DNA from: Marinilactibacillus piezotolerans
GTDB lineage: Bacteria; Bacillota; Bacilli; Lactobacillales; Carnobacteriaceae_A
DNA length: 24,000 nucleotides
Direction of reading: 5' to 3'
NCBI RefSeq assembly: GCF_900114235.1
Contig: NZ_FOSJ01000026.1
Location: 1-24,000, forward strand
Shown here: in pieces, positions 1-7,169 of the stretch
Layout of the letters: each line of letters begins with the position of its first letter
Position numbering within the stretch: position 1 is the first letter of the stretch
The notes under the pieces: generated by a model
The model's input: the letters and a program-made list of their open reading frames with translations, nothing else
Told to the model about the DNA's origin: nothing
Databases searched by the model: none
Program-made: the position numbers and the translations under genes

Positions 1-15
1 CCTGAATAATTCATA
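1..15. repeat. IS left terminal inverted repeat (IRL)
   Basis: CCTGAATAATTCATA is a perfect reverse-complement match to 1665-1679. Confidence 0.85.
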
Positions 16-157
16 CTTTTTAATTGAAACCGTCTGAAACTGCCTAACGGCAGTCTGATAATTACTTTTTTATTTTCACCCCTTAAGTGATGAAAAAAGA
101 ACCCCATTCTGCTATGGTAAAGGTGACGAAACCAACCATAAGAAAGGAGTTCTTCTC

Positions 158-1477
158 ATGACTAGATTACACGAAAATCAAGTTAAATTCAATTCAAATA
201 TCACTATTTCACATACTGGTGGTCGTCTATCAAGTGATTCGGGGTTAGTCCTGGTTAAAGAATTGATGAATACCTTCGGCTTTTCACAATTAGCTAAACA
301 ATGGCTCCATATCACAGATCATCGGGCTTATTTTACCCATCATAACTTAGCGATATTGGAACAGCTTATTATGCAGTTAATTGCTGGTTACTCGGCAGAC
401 TCATCAGCTAATCTATTAAGACAGGATCCAGTCTTTCAAGCTGTACTCGGTAAAAAGCAGTTGGCCTCACAATCGTCAATCTCACGGTTTCTGGATCGTT
501 TCACCGAGGAGAACATCGATCAACTCCAAGCATTAAATCAGTCGCTGATTAATAAAGCGCGTTTGATTCGCAATGATACCGAGTTAATCATTGATGTCGA
601 TTCCACACATTCGGATACCTTTGGACGCCAAGAACAAACAGATTATAATGCCCATTATCAAACCTACGGCTATCACCCATTAGTTGCCTTTGACGGACTG
701 ACCGGAGATTTCTTAAAAGCTGAACTGCGTTCAGGCAATCAGTACACATCTAAAGGGGTAAAAGCTTTTATCGCCCCGCTGTTATACCAATACAAGAGCA
801 CGTTACCTCATACCGAGATATTGGTTCGGGGGGACAGCGGCTTCGCCACACCAGAGGTGTATGAGTCTTGTGAAGCAACTGAAAGCCAGTACGTTATCCG
901 ATTAAAGAGCAATCGGAGGTTAAGTCAGTTAGCTGAACACTCTGTTCTTTACGGGGACAATCAAGAATGGGAAGAGCGAGAAGTGCAGTATTTTTCACTA
1001 CCTTATCAAGCACAATCCTGGTCGAAACCCCGTCGTGTCTGTATACGTTCCGTCCGTGAAGGAGGAGAATTGCTTTTTCATCATGCGTTTATTGTGACTA
1101 ATCTATCCGACAACGTCTCGCCTGAAGTCATATTTTCTCTTTACGGCAAGCGTGGAACAATGGAAAATTTCATCAAAGAAGCGAAAGGTGGCTTTTACTT
1201 CGATAAAACAGATAGCCCGCGTTTCTTAGAAAATCATGTCAGAATGATGATCAGTGTCCTTGCATACAACCTCGTCAATTTTTTAAAAACCATTGGTTTT
1301 GATAAAGTGAACCAGGGCATGACGATCCATTCCATCCGGCTGACATTGCTTAAAGTAGCCGGTAAACTTGTTCAAACTGGGAGACAGGTCTATCTCAAAC
1401 TGTCAAGCTATCATGTGTATCAAACTGAATTTTATAAGGTTTTTGAACGCCTGCGGCGATCCAAACAATGGATTTAG
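158..1477 (+). CDS. IS1380-family DDE transposase
   Basis: 439 aa. SD AAGGAG lies about 8 nt upstream of the ATG. Acidic-triad contexts are present: IIDVDSTHSD, VRGDSGFATPE and MENFIKEAKGGF. Size and N-terminal sequence (SHTGGRLSSDSGL) are typical of IS1380/ISSpn5-like transposases. Confidence 0.9.
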   Translation: MTRLHENQVKFNSNITISHTGGRLSSDSGLVLVKELMNTFGFSQLAKQWLHITDHRAYFTHHNLAILEQLIMQLIAGYSADSSANLLRQDPVFQAVLGKKQLASQSSISRFLDRFTEENIDQLQALNQSLINKARLIRNDTELIIDVDSTHSDTFGRQEQTDYNAHYQTYGYHPLVAFDGLTGDFLKAELRSGNQYTSKGVKAFIAPLLYQYKSTLPHTEILVRGDSGFATPEVYESCEATESQYVIRLKSNRRLSQLAEHSVLYGDNQEWEEREVQYFSLPYQAQSWSKPRRVCIRSVREGGELLFHHAFIVTNLSDNVSPEVIFSLYGKRGTMENFIKEAKGGFYFDKTDSPRFLENHVRMMISVLAYNLVNFLKTIGFDKVNQGMTIHSIRLTLLKVAGKLVQTGRQVYLKLSSYHVYQTEFYKVFERLRRSKQWI

Positions 1478-1664
1478 ACTAGTTATCACACAAATTTTTA
1501 AACCGATTTTTTTCAAGGGATTCGTCTGCCCTTAAATAGACAAATTTTTTTATTATGACCTTCTTCCGTAGGCATCCTGTTCGAAAACACATTATTTTGG
1601 AAGGAAGTATCTGCCTAATTTAAAAATGGGCAATTTCTTCAAAAAAAAAGCTTGAATTTAGATC

Positions 1665-1679
1665 TATGAATTATTCAGG
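1665..1679. repeat. IS right terminal inverted repeat (IRR)
   Basis: TATGAATTATTCAGG is the reverse complement of 1-15. It contains the ATG (1666-1668) that the ORF track uses as the start of the downstream ORF. Confidence 0.85.
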
Positions 1680-2904
1680 TAAAAATATAAATTTAAAAAA
1701 ATTATCTAAATCAGAAAAGCTAATATATCATGCAAGTCAATTTTATAGTAATAAGCTACTAGGATACATTGAAGGTGATAATGATCCTGAAAGTCAATAC
1801 AAAAAGTTATCTTGTTTATTGGATCTGTTTTTAAGTAATTTTAAATTAATGTATATTGAAACAGATGAAATTAATGAAGCATTTGTTATTTTCGAAACAT
1901 TGAATGCTAGAGGTAAAGATTTAGAAACTTCTGATCTTTTAAAAAATCATGTTTTTAGATCTTCAAATAACAAAATCAAGATTATAAAAGTTCAATGGAA
2001 CCAAGTTATAGAGAATTTAGGAAATGTTGATCCAACAAGATTTATCAGACATTATTGGAATTCGCAACATAAATTTGTTAGAGAAAAAGATTTATATAAA
2101 GGTATTCGAAAAGCTATTAATACGCCTAAAAAAGTTGAAGATTTGATGGAAGATTTAGTTGGACTTTCTGATTTATATACATCCTTAAGCTATCCTGAAA
2201 ATTTTGTTTATTTTGAAAATTCTACTTTAATTGAACGTACAAAAGAGATCAGTAATTTGGGAGCAAGTTCTTATTTCCCAATTATGCTAGCACTAGAGAA
2301 CGAAAAGTATGACGAAATTGACATAGATAAAATAATGGAAAGTATTGAATGCTTAATAGTTAGAAACTTTGTAGTAGCAGGAAAAACAGCTAATAAATTC
2401 GAAGTTGAATTTGCAAAAATTGCATATCAAATTACGCAACATCAATTTGATGAAATAGATGAAATTTTAAGTGCTATAAAAAATTTGACTATTAATGATG
2501 ATGAATTCAGTAATGACTTTAAAATTTTCACTACTAAAAAAACCAATACTATTAGATATATATTAAGAAAGGTTCATAATAATTCTAATACTGAAACTAG
2601 AATAATCAATGATAACAATACAATACACATAGAACATATTATGCCTAAAAAAACGCAACATTGGGATATATCTAAAGACTTGCATGATGAATATCTGTGG
2701 AAATTAGGAAATCTGACATTGTTAGGACATGAATACAATTGAAGCGCCACCAATAGTAACTTTGAATTAAAAAAAGATGTTTACAGACAGTCTGATATAC
2801 CTATGACTCAAAACTTGATTGAATACAAAGATTGGACTATTAAAGACATAGAAGAGAGACAAGAATCTTTTATTGATGTTGCACTACAAATTTGGAAAAA
2901 ATAA
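1680..2904 (+). pseudogene. GmrSD-like DUF262/DUF1524 type IV restriction-family gene, 5'-truncated by the IS and carrying an in-frame TGA at 2740-2742
   Basis: The translation contains the DUF262 C-terminal motif FVIFETLNARGKDLETSDLLKN and the DUF1524 His-Me finger motif HIEHIMPK...LGNLTLL. The N-terminal DUF262 core (DGQQR region) is missing. The first five codons (MNYSG) derive from the IS IRR. After TGA the same frame continues for 53 codons (SATNSNFELKKDVY...QIWKK) to TAA at 2902-2904. Confidence 0.8.
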
Positions 2905-3049
2905 ACATTCATTCTTTGTTATATCACTTAAGATAATATAAGAAGATCATTTTAAAGCATGTAGTTTTCATAAATAGCACTAAGATGAGTGAAATTTGTA
3001 TGTGATGTGTTAACATCTGTAAATCTATTTATAAGAGGAGCAAATACTT

Positions 3050-3565
3050 ATGAATTTTAAATCTGTCGATTCACTGCAACCTATAGTAAATGTAATTAAC
3101 GAAACTAACCAGGCTGTTCAAGACAAATCAAGAACGATGATAGACAGCCCATTATCTGACATGGTATCCGGAGCTTTAGGAGCGGGTATTGGGGGAGCAG
3201 TTTCTTTTGCCGGCTTATACGGGCTAGGTACTGTTGGATTGAGTGCAGTTGGTATCACATCTGGATTAGCTACGGCAGGAAGTATCGTTGGTGGAGGAAT
3301 GGTATCCGGAGTTTTTGTATTGGCGGCTCCAGTTGCAATTATTGCTGGAGGTGGGATTGCATTAAATGCTAAACGAAAAAAAAATAAATTAAAAAGAGAA
3401 AAGGAACGGCTTTACCAGGAAGCTTTAAAAAAACATAATGCAGTGATTGAAGCTTTAAAGGAAGAAGTAAATGCAACAAATGATAGGATGGAATACTTGA
3501 ATGGATTAAACATTTTATTACAACAAGCGATTAAGGAACTAAGGTCAGATTTAGAGGGAGTCTAA
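3050..3565 (+). CDS. Small membrane protein with a glycine-zipper TM region and a C-terminal coiled coil; no recognised family
   Basis: 171 aa. SD AGAGGAG lies 9 nt upstream. Residues ~38-105 are Gly/Ala-rich hydrophobic (GALGAGIGGAVSFAGLYGLGTVGLSAVGITSGLATAGSIVGGGMVSGVFVLAAPVAIIAGGGIAL) with repeated GxxxG. A basic stop-transfer stretch follows (KRKKNKLKREKER), then a heptad-like helical tail. Confidence 0.7.
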   Translation: MNFKSVDSLQPIVNVINETNQAVQDKSRTMIDSPLSDMVSGALGAGIGGAVSFAGLYGLGTVGLSAVGITSGLATAGSIVGGGMVSGVFVLAAPVAIIAGGGIALNAKRKKNKLKREKERLYQEALKKHNAVIEALKEEVNATNDRMEYLNGLNILLQQAIKELRSDLEGV

Positions 3566-4927
3566 ATGAAAAAGTATCAATATTCCGAATCAGAGAAAGA
3601 ACTAAATAAAGTTTTGCATTATCATGATAATGTTTTAAACAGCATTCCTTCTCTTAATCCAAATAAAATAAAAATGGGTCAAAACATCGCTTCAAGTGAA
3701 GAGCTGCTAAAGAAATTAAGTTTTAGTCAGCAAGTTTGTGAGATGGGCAGTAATTTATCTCATACAGAAAAGAAAATAAAAATCTCAAATCTTCGATCTT
3801 GGGACGAGATATTAAAAGATGCTCATAACTTGGTACCTGATGAAGTAGATTTACAGTCATTGTTTATAGAAGAAGAATTACAATCCAACGAACGGTACAT
3901 AAATCAATTAAGAAATGACTTCAATTCTCTTAATAAGTTGGATGAGACTGACTATTTAATTTGTGTTGCTGCAGGTATTCTAGCCGCATCAGTTGATATC
4001 TTTTTAGATGGGATTCCTAAAAAAACAAAAGAAGGTGTCACAGCTGGACCGTTGTCTGATTACATTCGAAATAAATTTGATGAAGCGATTCCTCAAGAAA
4101 AAATAAAAGAGTTGGAAAGAAAGTTTAAAGTTCCTTATGATCTATCAACGAATTATAAATTAGATGAATATGTTGATGGATTGAGTAGTTGGTTTCACAG
4201 GTATCATTCGCTTGGTCATGATCCAATATTAGGATTTGTTTTTGGAGTGTTTGATGTGATGACGGGCAGATTTAGTGCGATAGACAAAAAAGGAAAAGTA
4301 ATTTCACAAATCTTATCTGATGTACCCGAAGGTATTGATATATTTCAAGCTATTGGTAAAGTTTTTGGTCATATGAAATCTGACGTCAATACTTCCATGG
4401 GTTTACCAGCTCCTTTGATGACTTTATTTAATATGTTTCAATTTGGAAAAATAGAAAAAGAGAAGTTAACTATTGCAGAAGTTGCAAGAGGAATGTATGC
4501 ACAAGGTTACGATTTTAAACATTTCTGTTCGATGTCTATATCCACTATGATTATTGAAGTGGTTGTCAGATTGTCTTATTGTATAAAGAGATTAAACGAA
4601 GGTTACAGTTTAAAAGACTCTATTCCAGTAAATGGATTTGGTAGGAAATTGCCTAAATTGCAGACAATGCTTTTTATAGCCCATTCCATAAATACAGCTT
4701 CTAATGCCGGAAAAATTTACTTTACAAAGAATCCATTAGCTATTAATTATACAGAATGGCTAGCCTTTACTAAATACTCTGTTTCGCAATTAAAATGGAC
4801 ACTTCGTGATAAACCGGTACTTAGAGATCAGTATGTAGAAAGTAAACTTCTAGAGGAATGGAATGATCTTCAGTCGGTAATTAATGATATGTGGACAGCA
4901 ACAGAAGAAGATTATATAGTTCTTTAA
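3566..4927 (+). CDS. Hypothetical 453-aa protein with hydrophobic segments; no recognisable family
   Basis: The ATG abuts the upstream stop (TAAATG). SD GAGGGAG sits inside the end of the upstream gene, indicating translational coupling. It has a hydrophobic segment (LICVAAGILAASVDIFL) and several amphipathic or hydrophobic stretches. Possible His-containing motifs are HRYHSLGHDP and GHMKSD. Confidence 0.65.
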   Translation: MKKYQYSESEKELNKVLHYHDNVLNSIPSLNPNKIKMGQNIASSEELLKKLSFSQQVCEMGSNLSHTEKKIKISNLRSWDEILKDAHNLVPDEVDLQSLFIEEELQSNERYINQLRNDFNSLNKLDETDYLICVAAGILAASVDIFLDGIPKKTKEGVTAGPLSDYIRNKFDEAIPQEKIKELERKFKVPYDLSTNYKLDEYVDGLSSWFHRYHSLGHDPILGFVFGVFDVMTGRFSAIDKKGKVISQILSDVPEGIDIFQAIGKVFGHMKSDVNTSMGLPAPLMTLFNMFQFGKIEKEKLTIAEVARGMYAQGYDFKHFCSMSISTMIIEVVVRLSYCIKRLNEGYSLKDSIPVNGFGRKLPKLQTMLFIAHSINTASNAGKIYFTKNPLAINYTEWLAFTKYSVSQLKWTLRDKPVLRDQYVESKLLEEWNDLQSVINDMWTATEEDYIVL

Positions 4928-6027
4928 TCGTAAAACGTTTAGTGGGACTACTAAGTATAACAATCAATCAGTTTGCTGTAGACAGTATGATTGAGCTGAA
5001 GAAGTCATATGAGTTACTTAAAAATCGTTTAGGAAGAATTCCTTATCTAAGAGATTTTGAAGAACAACAGACTTTAGATCCAGTATTGATTGCAGGGAAG
5101 AAGCATAATTATTATGGATTTTTAGATGCAATAAAAGAGAGCGAAAGAGAACTCAGTAAAGAAACATCAGCTTATTTAACCTTTGCTACAAGAGAGCTAT
5201 TAACGGGTATAAGAAGACATGAATTAATTTTGATGCTTAAACTGATTAATGAGCCAAATAAATTGTTTACGGTAGCTGAATTAAAACAATTCTTTTATGA
5301 TCGCGGATTATTAAATGACGAAGAAACGATTAATTCAGTCATACGTACGCTTGATTTGAGCTTCTTTACTGGTCAAGAAGCTAAAACATATAAAGGTTCT
5401 GAGATAATCGAGTTTCAAGGTGAAGAAATAGGTTTAACAATTGAATTCAAAGAGGCACTCAAGAATGAATACTTTGTCAAATTAATTAAAGATACGCTAA
5501 TAACGAGTAAGTTAAAGTCCAAACTATTTGATCAAACGACTCCATTGACCAGATTTCAGAAGTATCGTCGTAAAGATGTTATCAGGTTACTAAAGTGGGA
5601 ACAGCAGATGATCAATCAGAATATTGGTGGTTACACAGATTTCAAAGACCAGTTTGTTATTTTCGTTACGCTGGAAAAAGGGGACGACTTTGCAGGTGCT
5701 CAAATGGCGTATGAAGATGAGCTGCTAGATGCTTCCACCATGAAGTGGTTCACAAAAGCACCACGAACCCTAAACTCCCCAGAAGTTATCAAGCTGAAAA
5801 ATTCAGACGACTATGATATTCGTGTGTTCGTTAAAAAGTCAGATGATGAAGGATCGGATTTCTACTATTTAGGAGAAGTAAAACCGAAGCTGGATACCAT
5901 CACGCAATTAAAGAAACCAGACAGTAATGGTCACATGAAAAAAGTTGTCGAGATGCAGCTGGAATTTTTGCAGCCAATTGAAACTAAATTGTATCGCTAT
6001 TTGCAGTTTAATATCAACAATGTATAA
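4891..6027 (+). CDS. DUF3427-type protein lacking the usual N-terminal helicase/nuclease modules (start uncertain: GTG 4891, GTG 4942 or ATG 4987)
   Basis: The C-terminal ~250 aa (…RFQKYRRKDVIRLL…FVIFVTLEKGDDFAGAQMAYEDELLDASTMKWFTKAPRTLNSPEV…DFYYLGEV) resembles, from memory, the DUF3427 domain found at the C terminus of ResIII/DEAD helicase defence-island proteins. None of the candidate starts has a convincing SD. The frame opens at 4888 and overlaps the upstream gene in the -1 frame. Confidence 0.6.
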   Translation: MDSNRRRLYSSLIVKRLVGLLSITINQFAVDSMIELKKSYELLKNRLGRIPYLRDFEEQQTLDPVLIAGKKHNYYGFLDAIKESERELSKETSAYLTFATRELLTGIRRHELILMLKLINEPNKLFTVAELKQFFYDRGLLNDEETINSVIRTLDLSFFTGQEAKTYKGSEIIEFQGEEIGLTIEFKEALKNEYFVKLIKDTLITSKLKSKLFDQTTPLTRFQKYRRKDVIRLLKWEQQMINQNIGGYTDFKDQFVIFVTLEKGDDFAGAQMAYEDELLDASTMKWFTKAPRTLNSPEVIKLKNSDDYDIRVFVKKSDDEGSDFYYLGEVKPKLDTITQLKKPDSNGHMKKVVEMQLEFLQPIETKLYRYLQFNINNV

Positions 6028-6070
6028 GTAAAGTAAGTATAGGGTATAGGCAAAAGGAGATAAAACTATA

Positions 6071-6985
6071 TTGGTAAATGACCTTGTAAAACAGGAACTA
6101 GATGGAGTGAAATTTAAGCTAAGAGCCAAAGAAGATTTTTCATTTTTAAGTCAATTTGGGAAAGTTTTTTGCGTTTTTGACCAGAATGATTCTGGGAATA
6201 TAAGTTTTGGAGTAATCAATAATAAACTAGAAAAGTTCTTTATAAAAGTAGCTGGAGCTCAAACGCTTGAGTTTGCTGGTAATACTAATGAAGCAGTTGA
6301 AGCATTGAAAAATACTATAGAGATTTATTCAGATTTAAAACACCCTAGTTTAATTAATATGATTTCATCTGGTGATTATAACAATCTATTTTATATTGTA
6401 TTTCGTTGGGCAGAAGGGGATTGTTTATATGATCACTGGAACTTTGATTACTATCATAATCATCCGGAAGTAGAGTCGCCTAGAAAAAGATTTGCTAAAA
6501 TATCGAATGAAGATAAGCTTGAAACAGCGAAACAGATTCTTGAATTCATGGCATTTGTTGAATCAAAAGGATATGTAGCTGTTGATTTTTATGATGGAAG
6601 TTTGATGTATGACTTCAAAAGCAATCAACTAACCATCTGCGATATTGATCTGTTTAAAAAAAGTCCAGTACTAAATGACATAGGTTCAGACTACTGGGGA
6701 ACAAAAAGAATGAAAGCGCCAGAGGAATATCATCTGAATGCAATAATAGATTCAAGAACAAATGTGTTTACTATAGGTGCATTATTTTTCAATCTATTTG
6801 GAAATTACTCAGGTGAACTATTGCGACAAATCTATACGGAAAATAAATTTATACCTTTAGAAGAAAAAAATTGGGCATTATCTTCAGACTTGTATAATGT
6901 AGCATTGGATGCAGTAAAAGAAGAGCCTGAAAAACGATATGCTACTGTTAAAGAATTTAAAGATGAATGGATTAATAAAGCATAA
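6071..6985 (+). CDS. Stand-alone eukaryotic-like Ser/Thr protein kinase-fold protein (Stk2-like candidate)
   Basis: 304 aa with a TTG start and SD AAAGGAG about 12 nt upstream. Kinase subdomain-like motifs are present: FFIKVAG (VAIK Lys), LKHPSLINM, catalytic-loop-like YVAVDFYDGSLMYD, DFG-like ICDIDLF, APE-like MKAPEE, TNVFTIGALFFNLF (subdomain IX) and EKRYATVKEF (subdomain XI). There are no PASTA, TM or other domains. Confidence 0.7.
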   Translation: MVNDLVKQELDGVKFKLRAKEDFSFLSQFGKVFCVFDQNDSGNISFGVINNKLEKFFIKVAGAQTLEFAGNTNEAVEALKNTIEIYSDLKHPSLINMISSGDYNNLFYIVFRWAEGDCLYDHWNFDYYHNHPEVESPRKRFAKISNEDKLETAKQILEFMAFVESKGYVAVDFYDGSLMYDFKSNQLTICDIDLFKKSPVLNDIGSDYWGTKRMKAPEEYHLNAIIDSRTNVFTIGALFFNLFGNYSGELLRQIYTENKFIPLEEKNWALSSDLYNVALDAVKEEPEKRYATVKEFKDEWINKA

Positions 6986-7003
6986 TTTTATAATTAATGA
7001 AAT

Positions 7004-7043
7004 ACCCAATTTACTATTAAAGTAGGTTGGGTGTTTTTATTTT
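7004..7043 (+). terminator. Rho-independent terminator closing the 3050-6985 block
   Basis: The stem is ACCCAATTTACT (7004-7015) paired with AGTAGGTTGGGT (7021-7032), with G-U pairs and a 5-nt loop, followed by GTTTTTATTTT. Confidence 0.7.
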
Positions 7044-7169
7044 CATTGTAGAATCTTAAGATAAATATTTCACTTCAAATTATTTGGGTGCAGATCATGT
7101 CCCCCGTTATCCTTTCGATTACGATATACTATGGTTACAATCAATCTTGGCCAGGGGAGATTAAATAAA

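Larger units (their letters stand above)
1..1679 (+). mobile_element. IS1380-family insertion sequence (complete or nearly complete; left end coincides with window start)
   Basis: A single 439-aa DDE transposase ORF is flanked by terminal inverted repeats. 1-15 CCTGAATAATTCATA is the exact reverse complement of 1665-1679 TATGAATTATTCAGG, and partial identity continues for about 30 bp. A length of about 1.68 kb and CC-starting ends fit the IS1380 family. By eye the element is clearly more GC-rich than the flanking DNA. Confidence 0.85.

Noticed and set aside
1666-1680. ATG at 1666 as a genuine start of a 358-aa protein
   Set aside because: The ATG and the next four codons lie inside the IS right inverted repeat. 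The downstream protein begins in the middle of a DUF262 domain, so this is an insertion junction and not a native start.
2905-3049. Promoter for the four-gene block
   Set aside because: Several AT-rich -10-like hexamers (TAATAT, TATAAG) and a TTGTTA occur here. None shows both a good -35 box and 17±1 spacing, so I could not call a promoter with confidence.
4885-4930. Programmed -1 ribosomal frameshift joining the 453-aa gene to the DUF3427 ORF
   Set aside because: The 40-nt overlap contains no slippery heptamer (X XXY YYZ) or homopolymer run, and I see no obvious downstream stimulatory structure. A mutational split or independent initiation remains possible and is discussed in the findings.
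5908-6129. 73-aa minus-strand ORF spanning the DUF3427/kinase junction
   Set aside because: It is antisense to two well-supported plus-strand genes, has no SD, and has a low-complexity AT-driven composition. It is a typical shadow ORF.
7131-7169. N-terminal extension of the RpiR ORF, and likewise 14305-14316 of the first ABC gene
   Set aside because: The internal ATGs at 7170 and 14317 have properly spaced SD sequences (GGGGAG and GGAGG). The upstream starts do not, and the ABC GGAGG lies within the supposed extension itself.
7044-7169. Promoter or RAT-like leader upstream of the rpiR-bgl operon
   Set aside because: TATACT (7125-7130) and TACAAT (7136-7141) are plausible -10 boxes, but neither has a convincing -35 partner. 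I saw no RAT/terminator pair.
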